A stretch of DNA of 64,000 nt from contig JBPGPT010000006.1 in NCBI GenBank assembly GCA_051047955.1, positions 248,001-312,000 of the forward strand, in the 5' to 3' direction. The notes beneath the pieces are model-generated. The model worked only from the letters and a program-made list of their open reading frames with translations. It was not told the origin of the DNA and searched no databases. Made by a program: the position numbers and the translations under genes. Shown piece by piece: positions 29,107-44,141 of the stretch. Numbering within the stretch: the stretch's first letter is position 1; each line of letters starts with the position of its first letter. The stretch is from Cystobasidiomycetes sp. EMM_F5. Its lineage: Eukaryota.

Positions 29107-29330
29107 AGCTACAGCATGCGAGTCAGATACGAGCAGAGTATGAAGTGACCCAGCAATGGCAAGGCGACCAGAAAAGCTGGGTCGCTCATAATCTCGTCGC
29201 GTCAATTTGCCCCTATGTTTGGAAAACGAGCTACATGTACAGGAAGCGCAAAGACCTGTTTCACTTTTGCTTTTACTGCTTCATTACCACTGTCGAGCTA
29301 CATGACCCCGATTCCTCCTCCCGAAACGCC

Positions 29331-30360
29331 TCAAAATGTCAAATCCTCGTAATCTTCGGGGAGATCCAACATTTGCCTGAGCGGCTCTGTTTCAGCATTG
29401 AGGGTATTGCGCGCATACGACAACAAGCTCGAGATCTGGTCTGGAAGCGCACACGCACATTGAGTCAGCTGCAGACGAACGTTGCTGTCCTGGAGGTTGC
29501 CCGATGCATCCATCTTGAGACACTGTGTTTCTCACAATGGCCAGCATGACAATCTTTGCTACGTACCTGTCCATCTGAGAGCACTGTCCTTCATGGCTTG
29601 GATATCCTTTTTCTTCTGCTCGTACACTTGCGGGTCGCCCTCCGAGTACTGGGCTAGCTGATTCTTGATGTCTTCCAATTCCTTCTGTTTGGCATAGAAT
29701 GTCTCAAGGAGTTCTTGCCGGTCACTCTGCGTATAACAGGTAAATTAAGAGTCATGTAGGCGTACCGTGACCTGATTACCGCTCACTTGATCCTGTCCTT
29801 CACAAAGACCTCGATCCATTTTGAGCTTGTGAAGGGTCTCTTGTGCTTGATTGCACTTAGCCTCGAGTTCCGACACTGTAGTCTGTGCAGTGGCATGCTC
29901 GGCTTGTAGTTTGGCAGCTCCCGCACCAGGATAGCTCCCTGTCCAATTCGCTGGCTCATCACAAGGCACACGGATCCGAGTATTTCCAACGTACAGTAGT
30001 AATTGGAAGTTCCTACTTTCTCTTGGTTGACTTGGTTCTCATCGATGAGCGTTTGGAGGACACTAATGATGAGCGTAAGTTGTGGCTATAAAAATGCTAA
30101 AAGTAGGCGCGTGCAGACTCTTTGATAGCAATGCCAGGGATTCCAGTATACTTTGAGCCCGCCTTTTCAATCTCTTTGAGTGAGTAGAATTCGCGTGTGG
30201 TGTGGAACCAGCCGAGCAGCTTTGCAGCCTTTTCATCAGCGGAGAGGCCTCGCTTGGACTGAGAGCCAAAGTGAATCACGGCAAAGTCAGCGTAAACCGC
30301 GCAAAACGCTGTATGAGCCGTGCATGGATGTTGGTAGCTGTCAGTGCGTCAGCGCACCAT
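29331..30360 (-). CDS. MND1: Meiotic nuclear division protein Mnd1 (multi-exon; start codon probably an ATG-only first coding exon)
   Basis: SKRGLSADEK…FYSLKEIEK…VLQTLIDENQVNQEKVGTSNYY, followed by coiled coil. Confidence 0.88.
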
Positions 30361-30621
30361 CCTGTATGCTGTCTGAGTGGTGTGTCTGTAGACTGCGCAA
30401 AGCTGAAGTTTCAAACGATTGGTCTGAGGATGAAGTGAACATTCACTTCTGCCAAAGCATCAATGCTGGCAGCACCTTGCTAGACACAGCACAACTGCAC
30501 TCTGATTTCAAGAGTTCATCACACTGGACAAGGTCATCGTATTCTACCAAAATCTCACACTGCAGAGCCATGACGCTCCTACCTTGTGCCAACCTCGACC
30601 GCTGTTAGGCTCTATAACAAC

Positions 30622-31554
30622 ATGCAGGATCCAGGCAAGTCCACCAAGGAGCACAACTGCGGCCGTAAAGACTGATGCCCGCATTCACCGCAGTCCGGGA
30701 ATTGCCGTATGTTCACCACGCACAGTGACCTGCAAGACCCAAATTAATACCCTTCCCTGCGCTCATTCCATGATACCCATGACAGGCACGTTGTTCAGGA
30801 CCTGTGTTGCACGAGCAGTCCGGACGTGCAGAAGCGGACGATAGAGCGATACTTCACCGAGGACGCTGGGTTTGACCATCCTTTGTGCTGTATCGTGCCT
30901 GGGCGTGGGTCCAGAGAGGGCATCTATGGGGTGCGTCGGTCATCACAAGATGCATGACCCCACACTGATGAGTTCTCCTTGCATAAACAGATATACAGCT
31001 GGTACAAGAAGCTTTGTCCAGACATACCGCCACTGGCCGTGACAGGTCTAGGTGAGTTCATACGCGATGTTGTAGTGTCATCGAGGCTTACGAGGACGTT
31101 GACAGCTTTCAACGAAGCGCAAGGGCGCTTATATGCCGACATCACACAGCAATTTACGGTCAGATTCACGCCCTGGCGAAGGAAACAATTACGGTACGTA
31201 TGCAGTCGTATGCAGGATGTCACAGCTGCTGAACAATCATCCTCGCTGTAGTCTGATAGCGGTCCTCTCACTGGTCAGAAGATCTGAGAACGGCTTATGG
31301 TACATCAAGCAGCAGGAGGTTTGTCGCGCTGTCTTGAAACGAGTCGGCCGGGCCTGATTACTCTCTATCGCGCAGGACTTCTATCAGCCAGAAGTCATAC
31401 TCTCAGTCGGGCTGCCGTGGTCACATACCGCAATCCTGACTGCCAAGTATGCGGCAGGATACTTCTGCGAGTTCGCGGCCAGGTCAGCTTGACATCTTTG
31501 GCTTGTTTTAGTTTACACGTCTAACCTCAAAAATATTACACGCAGAGCTGGTAA
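30622..31554 (+). CDS. Small NTF2/SnoaL-like fungal protein (~7 exons)
   Basis: Spliced read MQDPVRELPHVVQDLCCTSSPDVQKRTIERYFTEDAGFDHPLC…SREGIYGIYSWYK…WYIKQQEDFYQPE. Confidence 0.7.
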
Positions 31555-31719
31555 TCTCATAGGATGGTCAGCATCCGAAACTACATTTTGCTACCATGCA
31601 CTGATGTGCGTTCTCTACAGGTGGGCGCCTCAGCAATCGAGCACTAGCAAGAAAGCGAAAGCGTCATAATGCATGTTAATTGTCTATCAGCTATGCACGT
31701 GCAGTACACTGCTTGTATG

Positions 31720-32616
31720 TCACACGAGTATGCCCTTGTACTCTCTTTCTGCAAGCCACCATTTTTTCCGGTATGCAGCCGGCCCACTTGATCCTGCATC
31801 CGCCATACCCTCCCACTGCACGAGAAAGCGATCTACAAGAGGCTGTACTAGCTTTCCACTGAGGCTCAGCCGCTTGACGCGTGCGAGCGATTCGACGTAG
31901 ATAATTTGCGGAGAGTGCAGGTTGAATAGCTGAATGAAGGGTCAGATGACTTAGATGCGCCACGCTTCGTTGCAGAAAGGACACACTCTCGGAAGAAAGG
32001 CCGCAACAACGATGGGCACGCACGACCCAGGTCCATTCAGCAGAATCAGGTCAGTAGCTCCATTCCGCGATGAGAAGGAAGGCAGGGTGAAGAGCCGCAA
32101 ACACGTTGCTAGGCTTATGAGAGTGGTAAACGGAGCAGTTGCGAAGGATTGGTGTACTTTCCGAGCTCGCGGGATCTCTACGACAGACCAAGACTGGAGC
32201 ATGCCAAAATGGATGTGTGTCAGTCACCGCGAGTCTTTGCGTACAACACCGTTCAACAGACACCTAATTCTTACATTGAGACTGCCCGAAATGCTTTTTC
32301 CTGTATTCTGCTGCTTGTACTCCTCCAGCTCGTGCACTTTGGACAGGCTGAGCGAGTCGCCAGACGATACGACGTAGACACGGGCCGAGTACCGCGCAAA
32401 GTCCAAAGCGACAAGCAGCCGCAGCATCTCCCCAGTGTGTCCACCAGAACCTAGGAATACGGTCAATCGCACTGGAGCCGTTCGCTTCTTGCTGTTTGAT
32501 GGTGATGCCCTAGCATGGGTCTGACGGACGACTTGGGCCAAACGGACGACAGCCAGCAGCCCGACGAGGACAGTGACTGCAGCCAGCCATGCTGCCGCTC
32601 TCGCATAGTCGGGCAT
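31720..32616 (-). CDS. ALG14: UDP-N-acetylglucosamine transferase subunit Alg14 (multi-exon)
   Basis: N-terminal TM; VFLGSGGHTGEM, IPRARKVHQS, LLNGPGSCVP, IYVESLARVKRLSLSGKL, VQW. Confidence 0.95.
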
Positions 32617-32959
32617 TGTTCAGCGCATCCTGCTGGACCAAAAGCAAAGGTATCGACCCGGATTTTCGAGTCCGAAAGACTGAACAAAGTCCGGAAGCTG
32701 GAGCGTTTGGTTGAAGTTACTGTGCACCTATCCAGCGTACGCATGCTGCATCCGAACCTTTTCTAAAGGGACCCCGCTGATTTCCAGTACTGGCAGAGCC
32801 ATTCGCCGCTGATCGCCTGGCGGCTCATAGTCTTGCCGGTCACGGGCAGAGGGCCGTCTGGCAGGAGGCTTTTAGCAGAAGTCGCAACTGCAGGCCGCTC
32901 TTCTTTCTGTCCTCACAATCTGGTAAACTGTACACACAACCTGCTCCCATAATACCACA

Positions 32960-35425
<2,466 letters not shown>

Positions 35426-35812
35426 AGACCAAGGGAGGTGTAACGGAATCTGTATCGGCTGCAATTGTTCAAATGCTCGTTGTAGATTTGTGCTCATTCA
35501 ATGTATATACGATTGTGAGGCGGTACTTAAAAGCTCGTGTTTGAAGTTTATCGCGCGACTCGATTCAATGCCAGGTCTCTTCGAATCAGCTGCGACTCGA
35601 GAGCTGTGCAGAAGCATTCTACACCTCGAAACGAGCTGCCTTTGTATTTGTATTGCTCGATCATATCCTGTTTACGCGACCCATTTTCGTGTTTCTTGCG
35701 ACCATTCTGCCTGACAACCTACAATCCAGCACGACGTGGCCTGCGCAATACTGAACATACAACTGAGTCTGAAAGCCTCACTGGCACATGAAAGCCACAT
35801 CTGGGTTCTGAG

Positions 35813-38417
35813 ATGGCTGCGACAAGCATGATGCGAGCCGACAGCAGCGGAACATCAATGGCAATGTCTAGATCAAGCTCGCCGCTGACCGATACCGCGG
35901 AGCTCAGCATTCAGAAGCCAAGCATTACGCTGACGTCTGTGGACGATGATTCCGACGACCTCAGCGATATTATCGACACGGCCGACGAAGATAGCGATAA
36001 TGACCTGATTGAGGTGAATCAAGATGGAACCAGCACAGCAATCATGCGCATCAAGGAGCTATTGCAGAAACCGCCTCACGAACCTCAACATCGTTGGGAG
36101 ACGGCTGTAAGGTTGCGATTTACGTATGAGAGGGTCAATCTAGCTCACGAGAAATTCGCAGTACGTGTACGCATTCCTGGAACGTTTCACGACTGTACAG
36201 CAAGATTTTGCAGGTGCACCGCAGACAATCTTTGAGTTCGAGACCGCACTGCTTTCTGGAGGGCCAGATATTGAGCCACAGAACTCGGACGAAGCTTGGC
36301 AACCTTCCTTAGAACCGGTCTTCAAGGACTTTATCGCCCGTATCCGAACAGCCGACCGGAATGCAGGTGGTACTGGAGGACCCAAAGGAGGTTGGCACAG
36401 TTGGGTTCCATGGTGGGCAAACGAGCAACGCAGGCAGAACTCGCCAGACTTTCCGAATCATTCGTGGACCAAGGTGTTCAGCACACTCAAGGAGGACAAG
36501 AACGGTATCTGGAGGATTGACTGGGATCGGAGGGTGCGAAATAACTGCAAGATGCATGATCTCATCGTTCTGATTCATTCATTTACATCAGATCACCATT
36601 CTAAAAGCACTCGTTGACGCCCAGCTGTGTCTCTGCGAAGGCGTTCGTACGTCTATCAATCAGCACTATGGCCACACAACAGCCACTGTCAAAAAGGCTG
36701 CAGACAAGGAGGACAAGGCAGCACCAAAGGAAAAGGAAGAAAAGCCAGCGGTCGATACTACCGCCGACAAGCCTAATGCAAAGAGCAAAGGCAAACCTGC
36801 TGCAAGTGCGAAGGAAAAGCCTGCTCCAGCAGTGAACCCAGTTTTGATTACTCCACTTGGTATTGACGCCCGCCGAAATCGCTGGTTCAGGATAGACGGT
36901 AAGATGTCTGGGGTCTGCCCCTCAGTCCGTGGCTGATGATATATTCTTGGCGCCTAGATTCGCCACGATTGTATGTCAACAGCAAGCCGTTTACAGCACG
37001 ACAAGCGTTCGTAGCAGTCACGCATACCTTACAAGACGTAGAGACCATCACGAAGTCGCTCAAGATGGGCAAGATCACGGATGCTAACGGACCATTTGCT
37101 AAGGCGTCAAAATCGAATGGGTCGAAAAAGAAGAAATCTGGACGGACGAACTGGATAGAAAAGGAGGAGCAACTACAAAGTCGTATTGCCAAAGACGTGC
37201 TTGCGCCGCTGCAAGCTGAAGAGTCTACCTACTTTGCCAAAGCCTCTCGATTTGAGAATAGGCGAAACAATATACTACGAAAGAAGGAGCGGGATGCACG
37301 ACAGGCGTTCTTGGCTGCGGAGAGAGCTGCAGCGATGCATGAAACTCGTAGTTATGGTGCATCTGGATCTACGCGTACCTCGACGCGCCTGCGTACATCC
37401 ACAAGGACCGCCGCTACGAATGGCTATGACGAAGCTGCCATGGATTCGGATCTTGATCGAGCAATACGCGATTCTGAGAGAGCTTACAGGAAACGACGTC
37501 GTGGTTCTGACGATGAGGGCGAGATGAGTGAGCCAGACTTTGTAGGAGCGGGCCGCAGGGGATCGCATGGACAGTATGCTGGCATGGACCTGAACAGCGA
37601 AGACGACGAAGAATATGACGAGCTCGCGAGTGACAGTGACGACGGTAGAAAGATCGACGTGCAAACGTCGAAGAGGTCCGTGCGCGGAGCGACGAACGGC
37701 AGGGCAAGCACCAATGGTCGTGGGCATATTCCGGGCGAGCGTCGCAGTCAACGTGCAAGTGCGCGGCAGAACGACAGCCGCGACTCGTCACCGGAGTACA
37801 GTGGCAATCACAATGCAAGCGTCCGGAGGCGGGGCGAGCCTGAAATTGTTCGTCGTGCGTCACCAGAAAAGCCGGCGGAAGAATTTCATCATGACTACGA
37901 GGAGATATGGTCAAAGAATACGTACAAGGGCTACTGGTATGGTGGAAAATTTGTCCCAGCCAAGAAGGGAGATGTCCCTCTGTACAAGCTTCTGCGAATG
38001 GGACTTCCGTTTCCGGTTCCCGATGTGTCAGGAGACGCGAACTCTACGGACCAGACTGTACCGACACTAAACAATTCGGTGGATTCGCTGCCGACCAGTG
38101 CTGTACCCACCCTAGAGATGGAGACTGACACGGTCGAGGAAGATGAGGAAGCCAAAGACTCGGACGTCATCAAGAGCGAGAACTATGCTGCTGGACGCGA
38201 GTCATCAGTCCCGTTAGTCGTCGTTGCATCTCGCTCAAGCAACGGCACCTCCTCCCGCAAAGTCGACAACGGCCGGCACCTCTCTAGGCATAGTGACGAG
38301 GAGGAGGATGAGTTAGATGGAGGCGACGACGAGCCGCCCAAGAAGGTCTTGTCGTCTGGCAACTCTGCCTCCCGGATCGAGGTAGTCATTCCGAAGCGTA
38401 CCATCGTGCCAGCGTAA
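35813..38417 (+). CDS. DDT/WHIM-domain chromatin protein (ISWI-partner-like), multi-exon
   Basis: HRWETAYVYAFLERF (DDT-like), WDRRITILKALVDAQL (WHIM1-like), PLGIDARRNRWF…PRLY (WSD-like); K/R and acidic tail. Confidence 0.6.
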
Positions 38418-38670
38418 GATGAGAGTTCTCACATTGCAAGTCTACTAGACTGTACCGTATTACGCACGTCGTCTGCATCGTCGTTGTTGTGCCCTTCATT
38501 CGCATTTCTCCGCGTCCAGCGTTTTTCGCAGTTGAACCCGCTGCGTCATTGCGGCCTTGACGACTGGCTTGGACTTGCGCAGACCCGACAGCAATTCGAC
38601 TTGTACACACACCGTACAGCTGCGCAATCAATCAGAGACCTCCCAGCCAATCACTGCACAAGTATCAGCC

Positions 38671-39796
38671 ATGGTCAGCCTACTCATCCCCTGACTGGCG
38701 ACGGTGTCCTCAATATGTAAACTCGACAAATGCTGAGATGTTTGACAATTTACTGACGGCCGCAGGATTTTCTCAACAAAGCAGTCAACGCTTACCAGCA
38801 GTCGCAGGGCGGTAACCACTCCGGCCAGGTCAGTGTTGATGAACAAATCCTGGCAATGACTGACGTAGTATTTGGCAGCAAAACGAGGGCAACAACCAGG
38901 AAGGTGGAGACTTTGGCGTCACCGGAGGTGCGAGTCGTACTGAACAAAGAAGAGAAACGCCATTCGCTGACGCGGAACAATTCCACAGGCTCGCGCTTCA
39001 ACGCTCCCGCTGGCCAAGGTCAAAATACCATGAGAGTATCTCAAGCCGGTGCCGACCTGGACGACGATGACATTGTCAACAATGCCGACCGCGACTCTGG
39101 TGATTCCGGTACCCGCGACATGTTTGGAACCGCAATGTCCTTCCTCAAGAGCGGTCAGGCAGATGACGATGATGACGTTGATGAGCATGCCGTGACGAAA
39201 GCACACGAGAAGGCTTACTCGTAGGTGTACTCGCTACTTGAAGTTTTGCATGCTATGGCTGAATAAACCGAACAATCCGCAGTCAAGGTAACGCTGCCGA
39301 CATGAGCGCTAAGAGCATGGGCGCAGCAGCTGGTACGCGTACATGTCCATCTTGTACTCCTTCTACTCTGACGCATCATGCCATATTACAAGCCATGCAA
39401 GCCTTCAAACGCTTCACTGGCGGAAACTCTGCCCCGCAAGCAGCATCCGGCCAAAACAGTCTAATTTCTATGGCCATGAGCGAAGCCAGCAAGCTCTTTG
39501 ACCAGCAAGGAGGTTCTGGGAATGCGCAAAAGCAGGATGTGTAAGCGATACAATCACATTTCATCCCATTTTTCCAGGACTGACGCGTGCCATACTATAT
39601 TCAGCGTCAACTCGGCTGCCGCAACTGTCATGAAGCTGCTTATCAAGAGTCAGCTCAGCGGGGCAATGGGAACTGGCGGTGGTGCTGCAGGTGGTGGCAT
39701 GGGACAATTATTGTCGATGGCTTCCAAGTAAGTCTGACTCACAGCAGCACCCTTACAAAGCATTTCTGAATGGATCTATGCGATAGATTTATGTAA
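38671..39796 (+). CDS. Beta-flanking protein homologue (Gly-rich conserved fungal protein), multi-exon, ATG-only first coding exon
   Basis: MFGTAMSFL, DVDEHAVTKAHEKAY, SMGAAAAMQAFK, LISMAMSEASKLFD, VNSAAATVMKLL, LLSMASKFM match my recollection of basidiomycete beta-flanking proteins. Confidence 0.75.
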
Positions 39797-40108
39797 AAGG
39801 TGAAGAGATCGAAGACTACGTCTATGTATGCTTTAGTCTGCAGTTGAAGCTAAGGCACAGTGACCAACAACGTCTGACTAATGAGATCGTGATCCCGAAT
39901 GCTCGAACGTATGCCCAACGCCCTTCCCACTGGCATTGACATTTGGTAAACGCCAGTCGACCCTTACGCACGGTGTCTTGAAGTCGCCGCGAACGAAGCG
40001 TTTGACAGTCTGACATGGGTCGGCAAATGGGTGCAGCGCAACTACCTTCTTGATAACGCACTCGCATCTCTCAGCTTCCTGCCCTCCATTATAACTACCC
40101 TTCTTTCT

Positions 40109-42081
40109 ATGGCTCACCAAGAGTCCGCAATATCTGCTGTTCAACTCAGCCAATGGCGTGCAGCATTTGCTGCCGACTCGGCTAGGCAAGCACTGGCCTG
40201 TGCGCTTCAGTGAGTATCGGAATGATAGCACATTTGCGGAATCCAAAGGACTGAAACGCGCTCAGGAACGGCAATCCCTCCGTTCTGTTGGCGAAAGGTT
40301 CGGTCGTAGCGGCCAATGCAAATGTTTTCAATCTGCAGATTAGCACTACGGGCTTGCAACGTCAGCGTCTCCGTAACGCGCTTGTATAATTTTGGAGCTG
40401 ACGTTATCGCTTCTGACTGAAGCCATCACTGATCAAGAAAATACAAGTCTGTGCTGGATGTACGCGAGTCTCAATGTCGCCCGGCATCTCTTCGCGAAAC
40501 GACACGATTTACCAGAGTTTGAGTTTTCGCAAGCATACTGCCTGTTTTACGACAAGATTGAAAGGATGAATACTCTATTGGAGCGTCGGCTCTACCCCTA
40601 AGTCAAAATCGCGAGCATTACCAAGCTTTGACACTTTCAACCTGCTGCACGAGCAGCCTATCCCGCGTGTCATAGCGAACCCTCTGGATTGGAGACTCTT
40701 CGATGAGCGTTCTAAATTTATCCGCAGAGGTGAGCACGCGGTCTGTCGCATTCAAACAAGATCATAGATTTGTCCTCTGAATACTTCACATAGATCACGG
40801 ATACATTGGACAGGCTCTGAATGTTTGTGCAAAATACGGCATGGTACCTCAACAATGCTTCGCTACAAGCTTCAGTGCCAAGACGACCCAGTTGCTCACG
40901 GACGTACTGCATAAGGCAGTGAGGCGATACATACTCGACTAAATGAGCGCGAGCTGATGTTACCGATAGTATGGGCAATTTGCGACAGAGCTTATTCAGC
41001 GGCATGCGGAACTTCGCAGTGACAGGCTCCACAGTGGCTTAGACGCTGCCGAATTTGCAGCCCTTTCTGAAAGCGTATGTCGTGACCTCAAGGTCAAGCA
41101 GATGCAGACAGTGTACGGTATCATGAGTACATTGCTCGGCACGCCGCCTGCCATCGATGAAAGACTCGCGTACGAGTATTACGACAAGCAAGGCAAGGCG
41201 TGCTCACTGTCCATGTCTCCGAAGGAGTTCTATCAGTCCATCAAGACCTTTGAGGCTGAACGATACGTGATCCTAATGAATGATCCTAGGCTGGAAATGT
41301 CGAAGCTGTACTCGATACCCGAGAGGACTCTGGTCCAGGGCGCCGGAATCATCTATCACATGCTCAACGTCCGTCAATCTACCATGGACGAAGCAATCAT
41401 CAGTGCCTTGAAGAATGACACGCCAGTCTGGTAGCTACAAGATCACCCATCATTTAGCGGATTTTGTGGCCAACTAACGAGAGGCGACAGGTTTTCATGC
41501 GACAACGCCCAACAAATTGTCAAGGATGAAGGCAAAGGGATTCTTGATGTCAATCTGATAGACTACAAATCTGCATTTGGGTTGGACTTGAATCTGGACA
41601 AGCAACAACGCCTCGAGATTGGGATATCGACAGCCAAGCACGACATGAGTGAGTGAAGATATGATGCTCTTGTTCTGCTTGATTGAAAAACTCCCTGGTA
41701 CTGTGCGCAGTCATTGTCGGCGCACATCTCGATGAGAATGGGATCGCTATTCGTTACAAGGTGGAGAATTCAGGTGGCTCAGCCGGACCGAAGAGCGGCA
41801 AGAAGGGTGTGTGGGATAAGGATTCCGGGAGGGCTTAGAGAAAGAGTATTGCTAACTGACTGAACTGCCCTCGGCTAGGGTATTACACCTGCACTGCAGC
41901 CTGGTTCCGGTCTTTTGCATTCAATGTAGCGATCACCAAAGACTACGTTCCGCCGGACATAGCCGCAATGTGGGACGATACTTCTGCTGCCGAAGAGCTG
42001 CCTCTGTGGGTGAGTAGACTGTAGCAGCTTGAGCATAGCGTTGCAAGCCTAACATCAGCTCTTCAGTGGTCCATCGCCTAG
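40109..42081 (+). CDS. Divergent bleomycin hydrolase (peptidase C1B) paralogue, multi-exon; 3' end uncertain
   Basis: ITDQENTSLCWMYA, FEFSQAY…YDKIER, NDPR, STAKHDM, YKVENSG. Confidence 0.8.
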
Positions 42082-42285
42082 GTGGCTGAATATGCGAGCG
42101 ATTTTGAGGTGCGACGTGATGCTCGAGATGTTGGGTATAGATATCGCGTTGTCGTCTAATCCAGCTGCAGGCGTGTAGTGCACACAATAACTACCCTTGT
42201 CGCAAGTGGATTGCCACTATCGTGCCCGTTGTCGGCTTGCCTATCGAGCATTGCAATACAAACAACAGATTCTGCAATATACGCG

Positions 42286-44042
42286 ATGGGCGCCCAGCAA
42301 TCCACAGCAAATATCAAGGTAGTCCCGCAGCAGCTCTGCGAGAAACAGCGAGACGCCGAAGAGGCAGCCGGCCACCTGGAACAGCGATTCAAGAGGCTCG
42401 ATTTGGGCAACAGCGTCAAGGCGTCGGATAGTGTCACTGCTGAGCACGTTGAAGCCTGGAGCAAGTCCTATGCGAGCCAGCCAGCCAGGCAGGCTATCGG
42501 GACCATCTTGTCGTATGATGTCCGACGCGCAGGCTCACTATCCCGGCTAATGATGCAACCACAAACAGCAAACAGGACTTGCTGGCTAACCTGACGCAGC
42601 GCAAAGCCGCCATTGCAGATACTCAAGTCTTCAATCTCAAGCTCAGCAATGAGATTACACGTAAGTTTGCCCTTTGTCCGCTTATCGGGGCCGGCACGGA
42701 CTCACGTGTTGCGTACAATCAAGCCGTCACAAACCAGATGTCGAGCGGAAGATGCTGGCTGTTTGCAAGCTGCAATGTTGCAAGACTAGCATTTGCAAAG
42801 AAGTACAATGTCGACGACTTCCAATTCTCGCAGTCCTACCTCTTCTTTTGCGACAAGCTCGAGAAGGCAAACTACTATCTGGAGAACAGCATAGATCTCG
42901 TTGAAGAACCGCTCGACTCGCGCATCGTCTCGTATCTGAGCGAGTCGCCCGTCAATGACGGCGGTCAATGGGACCAAGTAGTAAACATCATCGAGAAGTA
43001 CGGTCTCGTGCCCAAGTCGCTCTTCCCAGAGACATGGCACTCTAGCAACTCTGGAAAGCTGAATAGTCTTCTGACTTCCAAGCTCAGGGAGTTCTCCCTA
43101 GAATTACGCGCACTCTTCGGAAAGACTGTTGCAGTCATGGATTTGACGACTGCTGAAGGACGTGCGCATGCACATCGCGTTGCAATAGCAGCGTGCCGGG
43201 CAAAAAAGACTACACAAATGGCAGAAGTCTACACCATCATGGCAATGACATTGGGAGAACCACCTCACGCAGACGAAAAGCTAAACTTTGAATTCTACGA
43301 CAAGGACAAGCGGTTCCAATCACTGTCTCTGACGCCTCTCGAGCTCTACAAGAGTCTTGGCTCGGCCTTTGATACCAAGAACTGCATTTCCCTCATCAAT
43401 GACCCTCGTAACACGCTGGATACCTTGTATACTGTTCAGCGTTTAGGTAATGTGTGGGGCGCGCGGCCCGTCTTGTACGTCAACACTAGTACCAACGTCA
43501 TGCACGACATGATTATCAAGATGCTCAAGAAGGATATGCCAATCTGGTAAGCAGTGAGGGTGACATTGTTGATATACACTCATCGACCTACCATGCAGGT
43601 TCGGTTGTGACGTTGGCAAATGCTGCAACTCGACTCTGGGCATCATGGACTGTGATTTATTCGATTACGAGAACACCTTTGGTACCAACTTGGGAATGAC
43701 AAAGGCGCAGCGTTTGCAGACAGGAGAGTCAAGCATGACACACGCCATGGTCATCGTCGCTGCCCACGTTGGGAAGGACGGCAAGATTGAACGCGTCCGG
43801 ATCGAAAATTCGTGGTCGGACGAGAGGGGCACTAAAGGTGAGAGCGTCACAAGTCTGCAATATGCATCAACCTGACATTTATCGGTGCAGGATACTTTGT
43901 CGCTACGTGGAAATGGATGGAAGAGTACGCTTTCCAAATTGTAGTTCCGAAGAATGTGGCCCCCTCAAGCCTTGTCGACGTCTTTGAGGCAGGCAACCCG
44001 GTAGAACTTCCTTGCTGGGATCCTATGGGCGCACTGGCGTGA
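42286..44042 (+). CDS. LAP3: Bleomycin hydrolase/cysteine aminopeptidase C1B, multi-exon
   Basis: TNQMSSGRCWLFA, FQFSQSYLFF, DGGQW, FGCDVGK, MTHAMV, RIENSW, C-terminal WDPMGALA. Confidence 0.95.
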
Positions 44043-44141
44043 ATACTGCAACTGCTCGCAACATTTCTGTACTTGAATCGCAGAACTGGCTACAATATCT
44101 GTCATTGCATAAATACTGCACTGTGCTATATTTCCATTCTT

